Below, piece after piece: positions 1 through 11,900 of a stretch of DNA of 64,000 nucleotides (positions are counted from its first letter, which is position 1; every line of letters begins with the position of its first letter). The notes below the pieces were generated by a model. It saw only the letters and a list, made by a program, of their open reading frames with translations, ran no database searches and was not told the origin of the DNA. The position numbers were made by a program, and so were the translations under genes. The DNA is from Psilocybe cubensis. Lineage: Eukaryota. Location: positions 434,001 through 498,000 of the forward strand of contig CM039009.1 of the NCBI GenBank assembly GCA_017499595.2, in the 5' to 3' direction.

Positions 1-37
1 TAGATTTTTTTCTGCGAGAGAGTGATGGATTACAGTT

Positions 38-2201
38 TCAGCGTTGGTCCTCTTGCGCAGGGGACACATCATTCCTATCGGCCCGTTCGTCAACAGGATG
101 CGCGCCGCCGCCTCCCGTGGCCTGTGTAGGAGATACGGTAGGAGATACTGTAGGTGTCGAGAACGGCACATAAGTCGCACGAACAGGATCATAGCGGCCT
201 GAGCGTGAGGGCGGGGTCGTGGTGGGCGGCATAGTTCGGGGCGAAGGCGAATGCAGATGCGCCGGGTGCTCGGCTAGATAATAAGTATCAGAAGAGCCGC
301 TGCCTTCCGTCAGACTGCTCCCAATGTGTTCCCGGCGCAGGGCGACAGGTGACGTCGAGCGCCCCCGGGTCGAGCGCGAGTCGGGGCGGGACCACGCCGA
401 CGAGCTGGGCCGCGGGACGTACGATGCCTCGTCCCATTGTGGCGACGGCTGAAGTGTGAATGGGGGCGGGAGTGTGATGGGCTGGCGCGGCGCGGGGGGT
501 TCAGGGGGATGGTGCGCGAATCGAGGCTCGGGCGAAATCGACCGGTGGGGGATGAACGGGGGCCTCGATGGCGGCGGGAACACTTGGGCGCCGGGCGCGT
601 GCATGCGTGGAGGCACATAGTGCGAGCTCGACGGGCGCGTCGATTCGAGCGGGGGCAGCGTGCGCGACGGGTCTCTCTCTCGCCAACTGCTCGGCTGGGA
701 CGTCGCGGGGCGCACGTTGGGGAGCGGGTACATACGCGGAGAGCTATACGGCTGCGGGCTTAGGACTCGCGGGAGGCTATATCCAGCTTGATAACGCGAT
801 TCTACGGGCATCGCAGTTGATATGGGCGGGGGCCTCACTTGCCGATAACTTTGGGGTGCGTATACCGGCGCGCCTGGCATGCCAGGACCGAGTAATCTAA
901 TTGATGTATCTTCAGTGGTTGGCTGTTGCTGATGTTCAGGCGATGGGTTGCGAGCGTAGTGCGTGCGATCGTGCCCGCGCTCCTCGAAACCGCGATGGAC
1001 ATGCTACAATAAATTGAATACAATTAATTAAAACCGAACGCACATAGCAATAGATTAGGATCCTTTTCATTAAGGATGGCGCGATATGGAAGTGAGTTGC
1101 TCACCGATATAGTCTCCGCGGCATTGGGGAACGGCCCGTATTGGGGTGGTCGGGCAGTCGGGGTGTCGCTTTGACTGCGCGGTCGCCTTGCCTTCTGTCG
1201 TTGGTTCTGTAGATCGCGGCAACGGTTAATCTAAATAAAAATCCGCCCGGAAATTGAAGCGTATGTTTTTTCTCACCTGAAACCAGATCTGACAGACAGT
1301 TCGTCAGCTACGCGCATTAAATCCACGGCGGGGTAGGGGAGCATATCGGTGGTGTTTACTACTTACCTGGACTTTCCGAGCGCTGAGCCCGATAGAACGC
1401 CCGACTTCTTCTCTCATAGCGGTCGTAGGAAATCGTGACTTTTTTGCGTTTTAGTACCGAATGAGCGTGATAAAATTGATAAGGGAGCAATGAACAATCC
1501 GGACAAGAGTTAATTAGTTAAAGAAATTCCTTCGGAACATGATGCAGAAAGGGCTGTCAAACAACCCCCCCGCGACGGGACACACATACCTGGGCAAGCA
1601 GCGCGTGCAATACTGCAGACTGGTGCGGCGTCGTTAAGGTGCGTGTTCGTTTCTTCTTAGGGGGTACAGAGGCCTGTGGGAGGGGCTCGGGGCGGTGGAG
1701 TTGACCGAGGTCCATCTCGTTGTCGGCGTCGTCATCTTGGGAGTCTGACGACGGGCTGGAGTGGTCGTCGGGCCTGCCAAGCGGGGCAGGTGAATCTCTG
1801 CGCATGCGTTTCGCCATGGGTTGGTCGGGGGAGTGTTCCGTGGATCGGGATCGATGTCTTCTGCGTGGGGTTGTGGAGCTGGTGCTGGCTGTAGCGGTGC
1901 TGGTGCTGGGGACGGCGAAGGAGGTATTGCTGGGTGTGTAGGCGGTGTGTGCGGTGGTGTGGGGGCTACTGCGAGCAGGACTCGATTGGGGGGCTCCCTG
2001 TGGCTCCGAGGGCGGGGGTGGGGGCGGTGAGAGACGTACGGTGAGAGGCTCTCTGTATTCGCGTGTAGGTCGTGCAGAAGGGTGTTCTTCTTCTCGTTCT
2101 TCTAGGAGTATGTGAGGTCGTGAGGTCGTGGAAGGAGGATAGCGGGTAATATTAGTGTCGGAACGATTATGAGTGGGTGAAGACGAGTTGGATTCCGACA
2201 T
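38..2201 (-). CDS. Homeodomain transcription factor (Q50 class, non-mating-type, multi-exon)
   Basis: Spliced reading gives KKKRTRTLTTPHQSAVLHALLAQ | SRFPTTAMREEVGRSIGLSARKVQ | IWFQ | NQRQKARRPR, a complete homeodomain with a WFQNxR recognition helix. GT-AG introns; 12-nt exon at 1277-1288. A Pro/Ser-rich C-terminus is in ORF 38-880. Confidence 0.9.
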
Positions 2202-5200
2202 CCAAATGACAAGACAAGAAGGGGAGAAGGAAACGGAAAACGAAACAAAACAGAAGAGATGGGCCTATGATGGAGTCTCAACACATCAGGAAGGGCGTGG
2301 CGAAGGGGGAGGGAAAGAGAGGAAATTAAAGCAGGTCGTTGCTTGAGAAGAAGCCTATGCCCCGGAGAAGGTAAAGACGAGCGAATGCCTCATGGGTTAG
2401 TTAGAAACACCTTTGCCGATATCTTTGTATTGCAACCAAAATAACGTTATTGGCGATTCCATTAACGATTTATTCCAGTTGCACGGGGGGACACAAGTCA
2501 AATCGAAATCGAAATCGAACGCGTAAGACCCGCCGATCCAAGAAAAAAGTCACATTTTCCGTTTATTTGGGTTTCTTTTCTTTTTTGATATATTTTCCGT
2601 AGGACGGGAGACGGGACGTTTTGGCGTTGCCAGATCGTGCACTCGTGATCTCATTTTCAAAGTTTTTAATTGGGAATGAGATCTCGACCACATCTTGGGG
2701 TTTTTTGTTTTGGCTCGAGTAGAAACCCCGAAAAATCCGAATGCCAGCCAGCAGAGAAAATAGGACAGCCCTCCCTAGAAAATACAGCCAGAAATACAGA
2801 TATTCTGTGCGTTTCCGCGCGCGGGGGGTGCAGTGGGCCAGCCGAGGGAAAGAGATGGTTTAGAGGACAACCGTTGTCGTCGCGGCTCAGACAGTGTGAC
2901 CTCGTTTATTCTCTGTCTAGGCAACGAACAACCCATGTCACATATCCCTCAGTATACATGTCACACATCGTCACACTCGGCAAAACCAAGTTGCCAGGCG
3001 TCTCTCGCTTTTTTTGCGATGATGCTGCTTTGCTGCGAACTTGGAGAGATATTTAAAACATACACTGATGTCTGTGTTGCAGATCACAACAATCTCTATG
3101 TAATTATTAATCACCTTCATAAACAGGTCCCGCTGGTAACACTCGCAGCCTACGCGGACATTACTTTCATTACATTAACGAGCAACGCACTCGCTTGGGA
3201 CTCACAGTCGTCATAGAATCTGGTGAGAAGGGTTACCACCAACTTCCCACTATTAAATCGACTTTCGGTTGACATACTCACAGAGTGAGATACGCGATTG
3301 CCATCGAGTCGAGTCGTCATTGAAAACAACATTGACAACCCGACCGTTCCGTCTTCGTGAGTCCAGAAATCATGTTCATTTTCATTTTGAGGCTGCCATG
3401 ACTATAGAACGGGCGCCTGGCCAAAATTGATCTTCTGTACAGACGTATCTACCTTGGCCCATCTGTGTGCCCGTATGTATATCGTAATCGATGGCCAGGC
3501 CATATTGGCAATTAACAGATTCCGTATTATGTGTGTATTCGACAAGTTAATGGACCGCTGAGCTAGGGAATCAAGCGCCTCAATTAGGAAGAGACTCTGC
3601 AAGAAGGAGCAAGATAGATCGATCACCCCCATTCGAGAGCCCGAGTCCCAATCCAATCCAATCCCATCGCATCTCCTTCCGAATCCCGAGCAAAATTGAA
3701 AGCCTGCCTGAATCACAATGGTAACGCTTGCTGGGTCCAGTACAGATCTGGCCGAGCGAGTGGGACGCACGGTCGTTGGGCCAAACTCCTGCCAGTTGCG
3801 GTTGGTCCCATAATTACTTGCTTGTGTGTTTTTCTTGCGGTCTGATTGTGGATAATGAAAGATCGCGTATCGTATAATGAAAGGCGGATGGACTGCGCCT
3901 TTCAATGGCCATAATGAACTTGATGGACTTTTTGCCTCCGAGAAAGGAATGACGTTTTGGGGAGTACCAGGGTCTCGCTGAAGACAATGTGTCCGTTGAG
4001 GCAGGCGTGGGCCTTGATCACCTTGATGAAGGCCGCAGGTTTTTCATTAAGCCACAAAATGCGGTTCATCATGTCCTCCACCCCGCTCTGTGGCATGTGC
4101 ACTTTCACACCCTGGTCAAATGGACCTCGGACGACGTCACCTGTTTTACAAATTCATCCCAAATTCAGGAGGAGGGAAACAGTGATTTAAGATGGGATGG
4201 CAGCGGTGCCAGTGGTTATCTATGACATACACACGACCTCTGTCTTTTATTGCCTCCATAAAGCACACTGAGCCATTTGAAGTTTGAAAGACATGAGGGT
4301 GTGATAAAAATACGTTTGTGTGTATGTATTGGAAACTGGTGTCCTGCTTTATGGCTATATGAACGTTGATTTGGGATGATTGACATATCTCGAACGGTCC
4401 AGCTTGAGTGAATGATCGTTCTCTTGCCATATCATTACTGGCATACTCGATGGGATTGGGAAACAAACGGCAAATGAAAAAACCGTGAAAGAGCTCGATG
4501 TGCATTGTAGATCCCGAGGCTTAAATCTCGATAGCCTTTAATAGGCGTCGAGTTTCAATGGTCTTTCTCAATTATAAATTATCAAAAAGGGTCAGGGTTT
4601 CCAATTAAACGACTCTATGGAATCGGGAGAAAATGAATGCCATTATTTAACATATGAAAAGGCTGTACTATGTAAATGGGTCTGTGATAAGCCCTCTCGC
4701 CATACGGCGTATGCCAACATTCAAACGAGGGAAAGCGAGCTCCAAATAGAAGTCAAAACCGCAAACGTTAAGGAAATTACATACGACATGTAATATTCCG
4801 ACTCCATTCGTACCCATTCCCATGATAAGCCAGAGAAATATCATGTCATGATGCGTGTCTATGTGGTGGTGGTAATACTCTGTATATGTATATGCATATC
4901 TCGCTGTTTGATTGAATTTGATATAATTTTGTTTTGGGATCTCAATTGAACGGCAGTGGCAATAGAACAAAATAGAATTGAATTGAGTGAATTGAGTTGT
5001 AAAAGGAAGCACTGAAGGCTCAAGGGAAGGAAAAGGAAGGACACGGACAAAATAGACGTTAGAATAGACAAAACAGCCGAGGATCGGCGAAGGCAAAAGC
5101 AACTGTACACCGTCCTGAAAAAGAATGATGGAACGCTTGAGGTCTGAGAGCAACAGAGGCATGTACGCACTGGCACGCGCTCACGCTCACAGTTGTTGTA

Positions 5201-7538
5201 TGTCTATAGTTAATAAGCAGCAATGTCAATGAGAGATTTTCAGGGTGGTCATGGACTGATGATGATCGATGCAAGTTATATTTTATTATCACAGACCCAA
5301 GCCACGGGCACACATGCATCACCCAGTCTGCTATACATAAGTAACTACCACATATGTACGCGTGCGCGTGCTGCGTATCTTCCCTCCCCCGGCCACTGAC
5401 GTGTTTGCGTTTCAAGAATAACAACCTCAAGTCCCACAGATCAGCAGCACCTTGATCGTTGATGACGCCTGATGCCTGATGATGAAAAACTGTATGGGCA
5501 ATGTGCATAAAGCACGGGATGATATTATGGTCTGATGCACACGCGACGGAAATACAGACGCAGCACACACAATAGGTTAATTTCTGTGTTCTCGCTCGCA
5601 CAGGGAGTGACAATGTGCCATACCCCCCCTCCTATTGAGTGGGAGTGGTGTTACTACCCATGCAGGGCGGCTGTGGTAGAGGCAAGCCCAAACATGAAGA
5701 CGGAAAACAAGTTAGTGTTACATACCCTGCTTCACCTGGCGAGTGAGCTGACAATCTGCTCAATATAATGTAGCCGATAATTTATAAACCCAACTCACAA
5801 TCTGGGGTCCCAGGAGGGATACAGATAGCTACCAAGACGGGCTCGCCAATTGTTCAAGGATTCGTAAAGGGTTGGATAACTGCCCGACCGGAATCGGAGG
5901 ACGCTCGCGGAGCCAATATATCTCTTTCAGTCGTTTAATCGATAACGAGGTATCCAGGTCCGAGAATCCACTGTGTAGAGTGTAAGCAGGGGCAGTTAAT
6001 CATAGCGGTTAATAAATATATTGAGGGTGTTAAATGAAATGCAATCGATGGCCGGATTGAAGTTCATTGACAAAGTGTCCTGACGCTAATTGTCCGTCCT
6101 TTCTAAACGCGTAGGGATGATTGAGGGCAGCTCGTGATGCATCGACATGTCCGACGACAAAAATATTTGTGCAGTGGGTGTAGAGGGTCTATGTCACTGA
6201 GTTCCGTAGTTTCAGGCAAGCCAGGAGGAAAAGGAAAGGCTAGCTGCTGAGTCAAATGTGCGTAGATAATTCTTCGACTCCTTAAGTGGCAAATACTGTT
6301 GCCAAAGTTGGTCCTACAATCCAATATTCTCGAATTACAGAGGACTCCGAGCCTGAGCGTGAAGCACATGCCGTATAAGAGAACAGAACAGACGGCGATC
6401 CCCGCTCTTCGAAGAGAGTTGATGGAATTCGTCACCGCTGCGCCGCCGCTGCGGTGGTGGTCCGTCGGCGGTGGGAGAGGCATCGCATTGATTATCGGAC
6501 ATAGGTGTTGAGCCATTGAGCATCGAGCATTAGGGAGTGAGCAGTCAGAAGGGAACCAAGGAAGCAAGAGAGCAACACGACAAGCGGGCAGCATGAGCAT
6601 GGGCGCACGGAAGACATGGAAGGACATGGAAGACATCATGGAACGAGGAATGGAACGGAGTCGAGTTGTGTGACCTTGAACTGGGCAACAACTATTCAGT
6701 GGTCCTATTTCCATGCCGTACAGGCAGTGAATAAATAACATAAAGACAAAAAATATATATTCTGGCATCATCTGCATCAGAGTTTGTGTCATGGTCATCA
6801 GGCATTGTGCATGCTTAAGATGGCATACCGTTACGGGGTGTAAATGCCAACACTAGAGAGATCCTCGGTGGGTGGGTGGGAGTGGGTCGTCATATGCGAA
6901 ACGATATTCCGGATCCTGGTCCGTGGAGGTAAACCTTGGAAGCTGAAATCTGCCAGCAACTGGGATTCGGGCCCAGGGCAAGGGCGGAGTGGGTTAAGAT
7001 TATGTGTGTGTGGGTTCACTTTCATCTCCCCATACCCCAGATTGAGACAAAACTCTAGAGAGAAGAGATCGAAAAAAAAAATCAGAAACTTCGCAACCCT
7101 GCTTCTGATTCTTTTTTCTCTGCTGATTTTTGTGCGGTCTGTACATGTACAGCATGCCCTATCAGCGTCGAATTGAATTGAACCCGCATAAATTGTTTAT
7201 ACTGCTGAATATAATGGAATTGAATTAGAATTAGAGTTTATTGGTTTTGATACGGATCAGAGTTGGATCAGAGGGCTCACCGCACCAGCGTCGCGATTTT
7301 TATGTATTTATTTTCGAATTTCGCAGCATTTCGACATGTGTATGTATGTAGTATGGTTCAGAAGCGGATGTCCATGTTGCGCGAGTACGGACGAGTGAAA
7401 AAATGACCGTATGCATCATGTTCGATTCAGACGACCGAAGCCTCATCAGAGACAGAGCCAAGGAAGCGCGGGCGGGGTATGTCGCCGCTCGGACTCGGAG
7501 GATACAGCGGAAGATCACTAATTTTCTTTTTTTCTTGT

Positions 7539-7569
<31 letters not shown>

Positions 7570-8962
7570 TGCTCGTACCTTTTGCGTTTTTGTGCATTGC
7601 TTTGTTGTGGTTTTTGAATTCTTGACGATCTGGAAAAAAATCGGGAGGAAAATTTGATTATTATAAATGTAGCCAAGATTCCAGCCATGCACGAGATACA
7701 CGTACACCAAGATGTTGGAGTGATATGAGGTGATAAGTATGGATTGGGTATGCATACTTATTACAGAGATATCGAAGAAGCGAGGCCCAGACAGAGATCA
7801 TGATAACCGAGCGTCCAAGCAGATGTCGCGAAATTAGCTTTGAATAATGGAATAAACTAGAAGTAAAAAAGAAAAAGACGCGAGTCACTGGCCTGTGATA
7901 ATTCGGCGTATTATTGTAATTTATACAATGAAAATTCCGAGAAGGAGAATCCGTCCGTCTGTCCATCCGTTCGTCGTTGTGTGTGACATGATCGCCATTA
8001 TTCAATATAACGCACGATTCAGAGTAAAGCAGGTTTTTAGATTTCACGCTTGTTTGATTGCCTTCGATACGATGTGAGCGCGAATTTGGGTTAGAGTTGT
8101 GGGGTGTATAGCAACCCAGTTCCCAGTTCCCAGTTCCCAGTTCCCAGATCTAAGTAAAGTAAGTAGCGCAGCAGCAGCCACAGCGCTTCGCAGTCCGCAG
8201 GCAGGTCAATTGAAAGTATGTGTTTCCAAGAAGCAGCAGAAGCAAAGTCCTCTTCGAGACGGTCGTCAACTGCCAGACAGACAGAGGCCCGGCGCGTCTG
8301 TTCTGTGCTGTTTTTATACGGATACGGTAGTGGTAGTGATGAGACGAGGGTGGATACCTTGAATGAATGATTAGATCCCAGTCGAGTCCGAGGGGCCCAT
8401 TTCCCTGAGGGTGCAACGCTAAAGCTTGTACGATGCCGCCGCCGCGTCGACGAGCATTAACTGCTTTACAGCAGCACCGAGTCTCGGGAAATTTAAGAAA
8501 GTCAGATGGCGATGAGGCAAAGTTCGAGAAGGGCTTGCAATAGATTCGATAAAAAGCGAGCAGCAAGAGCAAGGGAAGCCTTGGGTACTGAATATGAATC
8601 GTCGAACCGCCGCTCGCGAGCGCTTGAATCAGCGAAGCGTGGGCGTGAAGCGGAGAGGGGGTGTGGGGCAGAAAAGCGAACCGAGCCGGCCCCAAACTGA
8701 ACCAGACCCATCACATCACGTGGAATGTCACATCAGCCGTGGAGTTGAGCCGGGAAACTCAACAGTGAACAACTGCAGTGCCACATCTGTCATCAAGTTC
8801 ACGCCGTGCCGTGGCTCAAGTTCAAGTTCAAGTTTGAAGCTCAACTTTCAAGCCCCCTTCAAAGGTTCAATTCAAGGGAGTCACGCGGCGGGCTGATTAC
8901 ATTATCGGTTTAGGATTCCAAATCTGAGTTTGTCTCGCGCACGCAAAGGGAAAAAAAGGTGA

Positions 8963-11900
8963 ATGGACGAAAACGCAAACTCGCATTCTCCTCGCTCGCG
9001 CTCGCGCTCTGAGTCCCAGTCTCGCTCGAATTTGTACCATGCACATGGCCAGAAACACAAGCACAAGCACAAGCACAAGCACGGGGAGAAGCATAGGGAG
9101 GAGGAGCATAGACACAAGCTTAAGCATAAGGTGACGTTGAAGCACACACAGGCGCAGGCGCAGCAGCAGGGGACACCGAAGATTTATATCCCGAGGCTTA
9201 ATGCCAGTACGAGTGTCTCGAATGCATCGACCTCGAATTCGATGGTTGCCTCGGGCTCAGGCTCGGGTTCAGGTTCAGGGCTGACGCTCGTCATACCCTC
9301 TCTCAAGAGTCTCAAAGCTGCACAATCCCAATCTCAATCACAATCACAATCGCCGTCGCAGGCACAGGCGCAGGTGCAAGCATCGATTACGAGCAGAGCG
9401 GCCGCGGCCAGCTCGTCTGCTGCGACGCCGGTGGGCAGACATCAGCAGCACAGACACCACCACCACACGGCTGTGTATCCGTCTCCGGAAGTCGACATTG
9501 ACATCGATGTGGATGACGATGATGATGGAGATGCGAATGCGGATGTGGATGGTGTTGTAGAGGTCGATGACCGTGGTCATGATGGTGGTGGCGGCGGTGG
9601 GGGTGAGGGATATGCTGAGGGCGAAGGCGAAGGCGAAGGAGAGGGTGCGGGTGCGGGTGGGGACGATGAGGATATGGCGGACGATACAACGCCAACGCCC
9701 ACGCCAATTCTACCGCCAACGGCACTGCCAAGTACGAATGCAACTCCAGCTCCAGCTCATACGGCGTCGCCTACGATAACGCTGAATTCGCGGGTCAAGG
9801 CGAAGGGGAAATGGAAGGATAAGGATAAGTGGAAGGATAGGGACAGGGATAGAGAGGAGAAGGCGCAGAAGATCCCGCGGCCTGTGAAGCTCAAGCCGCT
9901 GAAGGAGGTGCTCGCGAAGCTTATTGCGCAGCTTAAGAAGTGCGTTTTGGTTTTCTTTTCTTTTCTTTTTTCTTTCTTTTTTGTGGTTTTTGTTTTGTTC
10001 TCTCATTTGTGATGATTTGTGAACTGTGATGCTAATTATCCCTCCTCCATCTCCTTCTCCCAACTTTCGTGTCGTGTCGTGTCGTGCTACACATCGTGCC
10101 CCGCCCCGCCCTGCTCACGAACACATCATGACCACATCACGTACATCTACACACACCACACAGAAAAGACGACTACGCATTCTTCCTCCACCCCGTCGAC
10201 ACAGCCAACGTGCCAGGCTACACAGACATCGTCAAGCGGCCCATGGACCTCGGCACTATGGGCGATAAAGTCGCCAGGGGGCGGTATCGCTCGCTTGAGG
10301 ATTTCACTGTGCGTGTGTTCATCTTTGCGGTTAATGATCTCATGTCATTTTTTAAAAAATCTTATTTCGTTCTGCTTCATTCTTTTCTATCCTACGATAA
10401 TTCTAACTTGCTTTACTTTTATGTTATTCCATCACAGTCCGATTTCAGACTAGTAACGACCAACGCGAAAATATTCAACCCACCGGGTACGATCTACCAC
10501 ACAGAAGCAGAACGCCTCGAAACGTGGGGGTTGGAGCATATCGCCAAGGCGTCGGCGACGGTTATACAGTATGAGACGGATTGGAATATTGAGATTGAGA
10601 AGGATGATGAGGGTGCGGGGGGTTCTGGTAGTGGTGCGGGTGGTGGTGGTGCGGGTGCGGGTGCGGGGGGTATGGGGGGTTTGGGAAGGGGCACGGGCAC
10701 GGTGAATGTGGACGAGGACGACGAAGAGCGAGAGCGAGAGAGGAACGGTACGCCCATGGACATCGACACTCCCGCAGGCCGCGGCGAACGCTCCGTGTCC
10801 GTTTTATCCCAGCTTCCTTCCTCCTCTTCGCACTTGCACCAGCACCAGCAGCAGCCTTCGCGGCGCGGGCCGCGTGGTCCTTACAAGAAACACGGACAGG
10901 GGCATGGACAGGGGCAGGGACAGGGACAGACGCTCTCGGAGACGTTGGAGCCTGATGGAGGATTGCCGGGCTCGAAAGATGGGTTGGGCGCGTTCCCGCC
11001 CGGATCGGATTGGGCGCGGATGATGGTGCTTTTGAAGCTTAAAGGTGGGTTGTGTGTTTTTTGGTTGTTTTTTGTTGTTTTTTTGGTTTTGGTTGGGTGG
11101 TTTTTTGGGAGGTTTTTGGAGGTTTTTTTTGGGAGGTTTTGTTTCTTGTTTGCTGTTTGCTGTTTGCTGTTTTTTCCCCTCCAATTTGCTCTCCAATTTT
11201 CTTCCTATTCTACTTACTGCTTTCCTGGATTCCTGGATTCTGCTTTCCTGATTCCTGATTCCTGCTTCCTTCTTTCCTGCGTTCCTGTTTTTCTGTTTTT
11301 TTCCTGATTTCCTTCTTTCCTGGTTTCCTGATTCCTGCTCTTTCCTGGTTTCCTGATTCCTGGTTTCCTAATTCCTGACTCCTGGATTCCTGTTTTCCTA
11401 ATTCCTGCTTTCCTGCTTTCCTGTTTTTTCTGATTTCCTATTTCCTGATTTCCTGATTTCCTGGTTTCCTGGTTCCCTTTTCCCATTCCTGGATTCCTAA
11501 ATTCCCGCCTTTTTTGCTTTCCTGATTGCTGCTTTTCTCCTCTTTGCTGATTCCTGCTTTCGTATTTTCATGATTTCATATTTTCCTGCTTCCTGGTTTC
11601 ATGATTACTGCTTTGCTGATTCCTGTTTTCATATTTTCATATTTTCCTGCTTCCTGGTTTCATGATTACTGGTTTTCCTGTTTTTCCTGTTTTGCTACTT
11701 TCGTGCTTTGCTGTTTTCCTGTTTTCCTGTTTTCTTGACTTCTTGACTTCTTTGTCCTTTGTCCTTTGTCCTACTTCTTGATTCTTGATTCCTTCTTACT
11801 TCCCGTTTCCTTCCTGTTCCTGATTCCTTCCTATTTCCCGTTTCCTTCCTACTTCCTGATTCCTTTTTTCCTTTTTCCTTCCCGTTTCCTTCCTGTTCCT

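Noticed and set aside
38-2201. Mating-type A (HD2) gene
   Set aside because: WFQNxR is HD2-like, but there is no divergent HD1 partner upstream and no MIP or beta-fg flanking gene in the window.
3990-4040. RNase H motif (KVIKAHA) of a non-LTR retrotransposon
   Set aside because: Only a short motif; no supporting RNase H acidic residues, reverse transcriptase or endonuclease motifs were found.
7060-7125. Hairpin AATCAGAA...TTCTGATT with A/T arms
   Set aside because: Short imperfect stem made largely of homopolymer runs; plausible by chance.
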